Source: Trichoplax adhaerens
Lineage: Eukaryota > Animalia > Placozoa
Direction: 5' to 3'
Length of the DNA stretch: 64,000 nucleotides
Assembly (NCBI RefSeq): GCF_000150275.1
Contig: NW_002060950.1
Coordinates: forward strand, 1,352,106-1,416,105
The notes below the pieces were generated by a model. It had not been told where the DNA came from. It searched no databases and saw only the letters and a list, made by a program, of their open reading frames with translations. This document shows, in pieces, positions 37,201 through 46,942 of the stretch. The translations under genes were made by a program, and so were the position numbers. Position 1 is the stretch's first letter, and each line of letters opens with the position of its first letter.

Positions 37201-39499
37201 AAAGCAGCCATTTAAAATAGACGTACGGATTCGACGATCAAATATTGAAATTTCATTTACAATACATTATTACTAATTTGATATTGAGGAAATGGTAATA
37301 TAATAATGTTGCCAGTAAGATAAAGTATCAACAGAATCAAATACTGTAAACGTGTATACGTGTATACTTGAAAGCTAAAGAGGAATCTACGATGATCATT
37401 TTTGAAATCTTATTCGGCATTATTAATCGTATTTTCTTCTCCAAAGGAGGCATTTCTGTATATGATCTATTCGGCTCAATTCAGGATCGATCATTCTACA
37501 GTAAGGTCAAGCATATAGTCTGTAGTTATATCATCAGTTTGTCAACTTGATTTTCATGAGACTTGATGACATTGACTTGCCATATGGAAAAATTTGATCT
37601 ACCACTACAAATTACCGTTCAATCTTGCGAATTACTCGATCGCATTGTATCCATATCCTATTCTGATCGCTTACAGTATTCTAGTTAGGATTACTAGCAT
37701 GATGAAAAAGCTATTTTTGATACCTAATTTCGAATTCAGAGATATTGAGTCTAAAAAATAATCCTATCACGATGTAGCACACCTAGGATAGATTGTCATT
37801 TTGAACTATAAAATTTGCCATCTCTTACTGAAAAATTATTCACATACGTAAAAGTTTAGGTAGAGATAGGAGAAAATTGTTGTAGCCATCTAGTATGAGT
37901 GGTAAGACACTGTTACGATTGAATGACAACGATCGTGAAATTGGTTCATCGTATGTTGCAATTTAAAAAGTCGATGACAAGAATGGGTAATAGATACTCG
38001 TCTAGCGGATGACAAGCGTAAAGAAAACTCGACAGAATTGTACCATTTGACTACTACTTGTCTTGAAGGGATCATTTTTAGTTAACAGAATACCTCACTG
38101 AAAAATGATTAATTATAGATGGCAAGGTAACTAGAACCATTTCCAGTTGCTATCCATCTAAAGAAAGTAACCCGTCAAGATATGCAGAAATGATGTTGAT
38201 GGATTCTACTCATAAGGTACATGAGCTTATCATTTTAGCAATAGTAGCGAATGGATTTAACAGCTAGAAATGAAATCAGATGAATACAATTGTAACACAA
38301 ATTGGAAATAGCTCACACTACGACTATATAGTAGACTTATTTCTGATTAAAGTCAGGCGAGCATCCGGAAGCCATCGTCAATTTCGAATACCGATTGGAC
38401 GAACTCAAGCTTGACTAGATGCGAAATATCTTCCAAGTCACGATTTGCATTACTAGCTTGAAAAATGAATAGGATAATAAAGCGGCCATTTGTAGCGGTC
38501 AACTCTACCCTTGTGAAATAACTATACTACGATCATTTTTGATTACAATACGGCAAGCTGTTGAAAATGGAATGATGGGAATAAAATACACACGACGAAA
38601 TGGATCATCATCGGCAGCCTATTCAGTTAAGTCGCTTGATCGCTGCTATCCTATCCATGTTGTCACATCACCATGAGTCCGTGATCGTGGATGAAATAGG
38701 TTGGTTTTCTTCCGGATTATACACTGTACTGCAATAAGAGACTCATTTAGGGATCTTTATGCCATTTTCCATGGACTTTCTGAACTAATTCTCTTTGGCT
38801 AATGATGATTAGTCTTATCAATTGGGGGCTTCGCTATCAGAAATTGGCACACTCAACGAGTGAGCGTGCCAACACTCGATATTGATCGTTCGTATCGTGT
38901 CAGTGATCAGTGAGTAGTGGTTGGAAAAGGGTCGAAAAAAATATCCTTTCAAGCACTTTCAACTTTTGGCTAGCTACCCTGAGTTATTGCAGTATGACAA
39001 AAGGAAAGGACATCAAATAAAAAAAGTGAAAGTGAATGAAAGAAGAAGTTATACGTTATTTGATGCTAATTGTATGTCCATGATAGTGTTTACAGATGGA
39101 GATGATGATGATGATGATGGCCCTTACCGAATTGTTTTTGCCAAAATATCTCAATATCATTTGTCTGTCGGTGTTATTGACCAATTCGACCCTTGTTAAT
39201 ACATGAGGCGGTTGAGGTTGTGGTAACGATTGATTACTCCTACTACTGCTGCTACTACTGCTACTTTGGCTGATTGGTAATGAACGTTGATGACGGATAG
39301 TATGCCGATATAAGCGAGTAATTCCATCTTCCGATTGAGTAAGATGAGCATGTTGGTCTGAAATGGAAATCCACTCTTCATGCTTGGAATGTGCGCCTAC
39401 AATCTCCTTATTATAATGCAATTTTCCATCGATGATGCAGTAAAATGTTGCAAGAAAGACAGCCAGTGAAAGGGTCGAGGACAACGAATTGATCTTCAT
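31232..39499 (-). CDS. Vps10p-domain type I receptor A (sortilin/SorLA/SorCS family), about 807 aa, 10 exons; possible alternative 3' exons down to 29837
   Basis: Phase-consistent GT-AG exons: 39499-39128, 36561-36500, 34629-34536, 33964-33803, 33597-33527, 33435-33246, 33004-32903, 32814-31650, 31543-31438, 31331-31232. Signal peptide, furin-type site RHQR/S, Asp-box repeats (SADNGASF, SSDAGTTF, SKDNGATW, SDDGGYTW), CSLHL, 10CC (CPCSREDFECNYGF, YRKIPGNQC), one TM. Confidence 0.88.
31650..32814 (-). CDS. Receptor A large exon 8 (C-terminal propeller half plus 10CC)
   Basis: ttgtag acceptor, open frame GFLLVYTDDNEV...PAPNSN, gtatgc donor; overlaps ORF 31624-32706. Confidence 0.93.
39128..39499 (-). 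CDS. Receptor A exon 1: signal peptide, propeptide, poly-Ser linker
   Basis: ATG at 39499 (MKINSLSSTLSLAVFLATFYC), RHQR, ends RYFGKNNS|gtaagg, homologous to receptor B RFVGRNTK|gtaata. Confidence 0.88.
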
Positions 39500-39654
39500 T
39501 TTGACTGGCAATTGGAACAATAAAATAAGAAAATGTTTAGTCTACAATTTATATTGATCATGTCGATAAATAATTGAATCGAAATCCAATTACAATAAGA
39601 ATAAATTGCTTTGGCCATGTATCTCACGGTGTGGCTTGTGGCTTGTATGACTAG

Positions 39655-39880
39655 TTTGATTGGGTAACCATGTCGGTGAAGAATGCAGCGTTTGAGTCAT
39701 CTCGGTCATTATTATACTGGAACTAGATAACATTGTTTATTGATTGCGATAAAGCTCAAGGCGGTGCTTTGATCATCCAAGCGCTTCTATTGTACTGTAT
39801 GCTGTCTTTTATTATTGATACAGGTCATCCGTTACGTCACGTCAATCATGACGTCATGCATGATCTCTGTGCTGATTGGG
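39655..39880 (-). promoter_or_regulatory. Putative proximal promoter of receptor A with CRE/UPRE-like and CCAAT elements
   Basis: TTACGTCA 39832-39839; TGACGTGA (minus) 39837-39844; palindrome CATGACGTCATG 39847-39858; CCAAT (minus) near 39659 and 39875; 160-380 bp upstream of the ATG. Confidence 0.5.
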
Positions 39881-39930
39881 CCAGTACTGTCCTAGTCGAA
39901 CACTTCAATTCAAAGCCGCCCTTGACGACA

Positions 39931-40010
39931 TAGTACAGTACTGTACAGTGTACAGTGTGCAATTGTACTGTGCTGTACAGTACAAGAGTACTGTGCACTG
40001 TACTCCACTG
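39931..40010. repeat. Quasi-palindromic low-complexity TACAG/CTGTA tract
   Basis: Contains the perfect 14-bp palindrome gtacagtactgtac (39933-39946) plus many tacag/ctgta/gtac units. Confidence 0.75.
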
Positions 40011-40031
40011 GACGCTTCTCGGACATAGAAA

Positions 40032-40484
40032 GCAAAAATTCCTCACTGCTCATTTTCAACTTATTCCTACCGATCAATTTCTGCTTGCAATCGATCGTGG
40101 CCATGTTCATGTTCATGCAAATATTCCTCTCTGCTCATTTTCAACTTATTCCTATCGATTAGTTTCTGCTTGCAATTGATCACAGCCATCTTCATGTTCA
40201 TACTTATTCCTATCGATCAGTTTCTGCTTGCAACTGATCATGGCCATGTTCATGTTCATACTTATTCCTATCGATCAATTTCTGCTTGCAATTGATCATG
40301 GCCATGTTCATGTTCATGCAAAAAATTCGTCTCTGCTCATTTTCAACTTATTCCTATCGATCAATTTCTGCTTGCAATTGATCGTGGTCATGTTCGTGTT
40401 CATGCAAAAATTCCTCTCTGCTCATTTTCAACTTATTCCTATCGATCAATTTCTGCTTGCAATTGATCATGGCCATGTTCATGC
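40032..40484 (+). repeat. Compound minisatellite: 6 copies of a 58-bp unit (B) and 4 copies of a ~27-bp unit (A), order AB-AB-B-B-AB-AB
   Basis: B = acttattcctatcgatcaatttctgcttgcaattgatcatggccatgttcatgttcat; A = gcaaaaattcctctctgctcattttca. Confidence 0.95.
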
Positions 40485-41237
40485 TGCACTGTTTCACTTA
40501 TTCTACACGCCATTACATTTTGGCTAATAGATCAATGTTTCTTTCCCTTCATACAGCATATCAAATCGACAAGCTCGATTCGATAGATGACTGTTATGAC
40601 GGTTACAGCAGGCTAAAGCAGGTAGCGTTGACTGTACTCCATGAAGCGAAAGTTTATAATAGTAAGGTTCAGTGGATACCACTTTATCAATTCAATTTAT
40701 ACAACGAGCCTGGAAAAGAAAGAATTTATACGCTCGTCCACGGTATTACTTTCCAATATAGCATAGACAGATAGTAATTGCAACTAGTCTGATATCGATT
40801 TAGACGCTTACAGATTGAATACCAACACCTTATTGTAACTCTTGATTGACAACGAAAACAAACCGCTGCACTGGTTGCTGAACTGCACAAGGGTACCCCT
40901 CTGATACTTTCAATGGAAGAATGATTAGCTTTACATTAGCGGACTTTTCCATGCTTTCTTTTTGAAATAGCAGTCAAAATAATGACGCTAAAGTTCGAGA
41001 CACTGTCTGTACTAATATTAGTCTGCACTAAGCTCGGATGAAAGCAGATGAAAACATGGAGTAAATATAATCGACAAGCAGAGTATTATCACTCGTACCG
41101 ACTACTTTTACAGATGTCAATACACTTTAATTCAATTCAAAGATTCCCATCAATTTTTGATTTTATTATATTTATAGTGCATTATTCAACCGATAAATAT
41201 TTTGACAATATAGAATACAGCTTCACTCATTAAACCT

Positions 41238-41519
41238 AATACCAATCAGTTCGTCAATTTGCTGCATTGCAATTTTCAATGGAATACTATGTACGTATTT
41301 CCTTGTCACGAATTATTTAAAATATACTACTCAACATAAAAACTGGTCAAAAATTGAAAACTAATTACAATTTTAAGCCCAATACCAATCAATTCGTCAA
41401 TTTGCTGCATTACAATTTTCAATGGAATACTATATACTGTACGTATATCCTTATTACGAATTGTTTAAAATATACTACTCAATGTAAAAACTGGTCAAAA
41501 ATTGGAAACTAATGACAAT
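41238..41519 (+). repeat. Direct tandem duplication of about 135-140 bp (41238-41371 and 41381-41519)
   Basis: aataccaatca.ttcgtcaatttgctgcatt.caattttcaatggaatactat...aaaaactggtcaaaaattg.aaactaat.acaat occurs twice. Confidence 0.92.
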
Positions 41520-42396
41520 GGCAATCCTTACTTGAATTTTTGCCCCTATTTGAAAGCAAGAAACGGATCTTTTTTAAGTTGTTTCATTGAAGTTCAATCT
41601 CGCTCTTGCCTTCTTCTAAAATATCAAAAAGAAATCCATTATATCACCATTAGATAATTATTCATAATTCAATTAAATTATTTCTATGAAGCAATCGCCG
41701 CATTTATTTATATTTAGCACTCACTCATAAACTTTATATCAGATACAATTCATAAATTAAATATGTTGGTTGAGGAGTTCTCCAACCTAATAACTATCAT
41801 GTTGACCTATTATCTAATTTAAACGCATCATGATAACAGCTGGCGTTATTTATGTATGCTTTATAACTAAGCTAGCCAAAATTGTAGCATTGGATAGACA
41901 GTCAAAGATATCTAATGAAGGTTTCATTTAAAATCGCCAGTAGATGGGATTTACATAGTGTGATAGGTCAACCAAATAACTATAGTATGTAAATGAAATG
42001 GGAAGGAATTAAATTATATAAGCTATATGAAAGTAAAATTCATGAAAATGTTTAGAAAAATACAAATAGTTGTTTTATCGCAGGACAATTATGCCGTGAT
42101 TATAATATGTAAAGCAATAGTTATATACTGGTAATTGGAACTTTTCCCACGATATATTCAATAGAATTAGTGATATCTAATATTATTCCTGCATACCGGT
42201 ATATTAAGAGTTTGCAGTATTAACTCGTAGAAAAATAATATAAGCTGGAGGACATTTCCTACACTACGGGCAACTCTCACTTTCTTCATCTACGCTCGTT
42301 TGCTCCATTTGAGCCTCTATAGTCTAATAAAAATTATAAAAATTATTTAATAACAGACAGTACGGTTAAAAATTTCCAAAGTCAATTTGTAAATAC

Positions 42397-43000
42397 CTAA
42401 TTTAAAGAATCCAAGTATTCCGGGATCAGAATCGTAGAGAATACGCGATCCACTGCGATAAATTTTGATATAAATCACAATCACCACAATCAGTATGAGA
42501 AGAGCCCGTACGCCGATACTCAAGCCATAAATTAGACCAAGAGATACCTATTAATCGATAATTATAATTATGAGTGTATTTGCTAAAAGAAATATAAAAC
42601 GGGTGTGTAAGCCAAGAGATAAAAATATTGATTTATCTTGCATGCAATCGGAATTATAATTATTCCCATGAAAAGCGTGCCACATTGAACTGCCTTGAAC
42701 TTGAACAACATAAATAAACAGTCTATGCATGTGTCTGATTTTTCTTGGAACGTCTTGGACTCGACTTTTTCTTGTAACGTATAGCACCAATAAGTTTACC
42801 TCGCAATATTTCTGCCTCTTATTCCGCCTTTACATCGATTACTTGGTGTCTTTCGATGCATTGCTTCAGTAAACGTTGTGCCATTCAAGCATGTCTTTCG
42901 CTCTACATTAATGGCAGTACAAGTACCATTACTTTGGATTTTCAAACCATCAATACATTAAAAATCTTCTTTAATGCACAGACAAGCTATCATAACGTTA
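42397..43000 (-). pseudogene. Truncated Vps10p receptor pseudogene (10CC end, intron and TM exon), closest to receptor B
   Basis: Translates ACLCIKEDF*CIDGLKIQSNGTC...RKTPSNRCKGGI (B: PCLCTKEDFQCNYGFEIQSDGTC...RKTPGNKCKGGI). In-frame TAA at 42960-42958, then frameshifts. TM exon 42547-42397 reads GLIYGLSIGVRALLILIVVIVIYIKI. Confidence 0.88.
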
Positions 43001-43715
43001 GGTAGAATTTTATTATCTAATTTAAGCTTTAAAATATCAATGAAACATTTAGCCCCATTTCTACATAGAATTTGTAATTTAATTTTCCTAAACCTTTTTT
43101 AATAATCTTTTGCAATTGTTGGTGAAAGTAATTACCATAGGTAGTTTGATTTTGAATAAAAAATATACTGCTTCGCTTTTTTAATCGCAGCATCATTATC
43201 AGTAATGTTATTGAACTAATTTTAAGAATATTGAAAGATATCGGGTAAAGATGAGTTTACAGGGATGTTAGACTTTTTAGACTATCCGTAACTGTATTGA
43301 CTTTTTTACGAAAACGTTGCAATAATGGAACTGTAGGTGTATTTTATGCAGCTTGAGTTACTATATTCCGTTAATTTAATTGTTGGAACTGATAATCAAC
43401 CTTTTACACTAGCGTAGTATAATCTCTTTGTAAAGCATCAATATTTTTGATATTTGTATCCGCAGTATTAATAAACTTGATGAGAAGTTGTTCATTATCC
43501 TTTAATAACTGCTGTAGCTGTTCATTATTATCATTCAAGCTGGTATTAACTTTAACATTATATTCATCTATTTTTGTCTTGAGAGCATCCAACTTATCAG
43601 TAAATTTGTTTAAAGCTTGACTTCATAATTTAGAATTTTTGTTATCATTTTCAAGAATGCGATCTAAAATAACATGATTCTGATCTATTTGCAATTGTAG
43701 ATCACTTAGCCGATT
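43000..43715 (-). other. Degraded coiled-coil ORF relic, possibly retroelement ORF1-like
   Basis: Heptad-like RLSDLQLQIDQNHVILDRILEND../QALNKFTDKLDALKTKIDEYNVKVNTSLNDNNEQLQQLLKDNEQLL broken by frameshift and stops; it replaces the pseudogene's upstream part. Confidence 0.35.
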
Positions 43716-43879
43716 GGTTTAGTATAGGAATACCATAGATATCCTATACTAAACCGCATAAACGGTAATTTTTGAGCTACCATCGTTAGAATTTATGTCA
43801 ACGATGACTGATATAAAGTTTTGAACGATTAGGTATTTTACTGGAGTTTTATGAGGATTTTTATTTTGCGGTTTATAAA

Positions 43880-44183
43880 GAGTAACGAAAAGCAGCCGTT
43901 ACAAGAAGTTAACTTTCTTGATATTCAACTTTCAATTATTAATGATAAAATTCATACTACTGTTTTTCGTAAACCACTAGCCAAGAATAATGTTGTACAG
44001 TATAACTCAATTCAACATCATAGTACTTTCAAAGGTATCATAATTACCGAATTAACAAGATTCAGTAGGCTTTGCTCCTTTATGGCAGCGTATCAAGAAC
44101 AATATCATATACTGTTTCAACAACTTACTAGAAAAGTTTCGAGAAAAAGTTCGAAATTAGTTGCATTGATCATGTTGCGATAG
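43880..44183 (+). mobile_element. Penelope-like (GIY-YIG type) retroelement fragment, reverse-transcriptase C-terminal/thumb region
   Basis: EVNFLDIQLSIINDKIHTTVFRKP...YNSIQHHSTFKGIIITELTRFSRLCS resembles the FLD...T..Y.KP...S.H....I......R..R.CS pattern of Penelope-like RTs; no catalytic DD or endonuclease retained. Confidence 0.75.
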
Positions 44184-46942
44184 AATAACAGAATAGCATA
44201 ACTTAAGCAACGATAACATCTAGTAAAAATCATGCTCACTACGTGGTACGAGTAGCGTAAGAAATATTGATACGAGATTAAATACCGAAGAGTATGGAAA
44301 TAATAATTTAAGGCTACCCTCTTTCACACTTATTTGATGTACGATGGTGATCAATGTTTTGATTAAACCAACTCTTTCCAGCTTTAAGGGCTACAAAAGT
44401 CAAGATTTTATATCATACATTTCGTAATTATTTTATTCTTGAAGCATTGCTTAGAATAAAGTGAATGCAACAATCGGACTGTTTACTAAATCGTATCAAT
44501 ATAGATAATCGAAAATTACGGTAGAGTATTAAATAATTAATTAATTTAAGAATGCTTACGCTTTGATCGTGACGAAGAAAATACAGGGCAGCTTCCGTTG
44601 CAGAGTCACTGAATGTATGAACTTTCAATGGCATATTAGCAAAGCGATGGCTAGATTCCTTTTTAAAGTAATTATAGAATCAGAAATCGTTTCCATAGCA
44701 AGACTGTCAGAGTCTGGTTGTTTACGATTTAGTTTCATAGAATATAATGCAACATTAATAAAATCTTATCCATTGACCTGTAGCAGAATTGGTATAGACA
44801 AATTCAAACTTGTAACTACAAATGCCAATAGAATAGAAATTATAGGATAGCAAATGATTAAATTGAATGCGTTCAAACAGCTCTTTGATGCTAAGAAAGG
44901 AAAATGGCGGTGGAAAGTTTTTCAAATTTAAGGCAGAAATATAAAAGAATGTTAGTTTGATTAAGATCATTCATTTACTTGAATTAACTATTTGAACTGA
45001 AATAGTAAATTAATGTACCGTAGCTGCGGTATTGGATAGTGGGTACCGCCTTTCGGGTAAGTTCTCTTATCGTAAATTATTAATTATCAGTAAAATAGCC
45101 AATGAGCATTGACGAATTTAAGTAACTGCTGTGATTTCAGAATTGTTTTCTTTGCATTTTATAGCATTCTTTCAACATTTGAAAGAGTAATATGCCGTGA
45201 AACCTGCATTTAATCCCCCGTACGAACGATTAAATTATTCGTTGATAACAAGTACTAGCCCTCCATTACAGTGTATTACTAAGATAAGTATTTTGTACAG
45301 TACTTTAATCGTCATTATTTGTGGCAATTTTATTTTATGAATCCAAATTAACTTACTGATCTAATATTGTTACATATTGATCTTGTTACTATAACGCATA
45401 CTACCATCTCAACTTGGCAGTATATCACTCTAGGAAACAGGGCAATTATTTTTAGAACTTTAAACATTAAACATTAAATGAGTAGAAAAAGAGTTTTACA
45501 GTAATTTCAGTAAAAGGTTTAAAAATCGTTTCTATTAATTAACTAGCCATATAACCATTCAGTCGTGAAATGCAATAGACGATTTAAGAGTATTCATTTT
45601 CCTTAGATTGATTTAATTTCCATGTAATTAATTTACAGCAAATTCACATAAAATAAATATTTATTTAGCCCCTGGGAATTTATAAGTTCTTTTTACTCAC
45701 TAAAAATTCTCAGGATTACCTTACATGTAAGGTATATTTTATTTGATCGCTCCTACTTTGCCCACCTGCCACGAATCCCGTAAAGTTTCTTAGGCGTCAA
45801 TTTTCAATCTATTGGAATCATAATCAATAATATTATAAACATAATTTCGGAAACCGCCTATCTCGTATCTCTCAGTGATTTACATCAATTTCGTTTTATA
45901 TCTTGATAATGCAAATAGAACTAAAAGAAACATCTTATTCTCCTGACTCTGGATAATTTTATCCGCCTGATATTAACGGCTCATTATACAACGCTATTAG
46001 CTAGAGAAATTATCCTTCGTTCCCTTTGACCAAGCTTAGCTTGGAACTATTGATTTGTACTGAGTATGAAACTAGTCGCAGCACAGCAAGATTGAGTTTC
46101 AATAGCAAGATGGTAATTCGCCCCTTATTTCATTCTTATAAGCCATTCATATACAAATAGATCTAGTAATAGTATACTGCTCTTAAATCGTGTGAGATGC
46201 GAGTATAACTGGCAGTAGCTATACTGCCTGTTCGAAATACCGATTCGACACTTAACGAATCTATAGGGTACTAAAAGATGTAATCAAAATTCTGTTTACA
46301 ATTATTTTGCGAAGTATTCTAAGAAAATATGAAGAGCACGACATATCCTGTCAATAATGTTTTTCATATAAAATTTGGTACAACTTTAACGATTGCAGCC
46401 ATAACAAAAAAGTAAAAATATAAGTCATCGATCAATACTATATTCATTCAAAAATGATAAGATTAACATTTAGCCCTTAATTTCTCTTATTTTATTGCTA
46501 ATTTAAGTCATAGTCCGATTGACAGCTCATATTAACATTTCGAGGATGAAACAAATATAAAATAAATCATCAATATCTTTTTAAGTAAGTCCATTTCGAT
46601 GAATTGAAAATAGCAGAAAAATGAAATATTTTGTGCGCTAATGCAGGATAATTTTTAGATACCAATTTTAATACCATACAAATTAATTCAATTTACTAGA
46701 TTACATTTACCAATGAAATTTTTATCATTTTAATTAGCAAATAGCATCTATAGCGCTAAAGCGTTATCGTTAATATGTAATAGTATCAGAAATAATATAC
46801 CAAGAAACTATTTACTAAAGATGCTGACTAAACTTAGAAACTCTTAAACTATTTATTATCGGAGATTTTATTTCAAGTAAACTTCACTTCAGTTATTGCC
46901 CTACTTTTAATAACAATAAACGGGTTTTCTTAGTCGCTTCGT

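Noticed and set aside
38921-39199. Plus-strand ORF with a poly-Asp run
   Set aside because: Antisense to receptor A exon 1/intron 1; the Asp run is just a GAT microsatellite
40032-40484. CRISPR-like array (hairpin-containing repeats) and the overlapping ORFs 39846-40774
   Set aside because: No unique spacers, no cas genes, eukaryotic context; the ORFs are by-products of the tandem repeat
42551-42790. 79-aa ORF within the pseudogene
   Set aside because: Mostly spans the pseudogene's intron-derived sequence; not an independent gene
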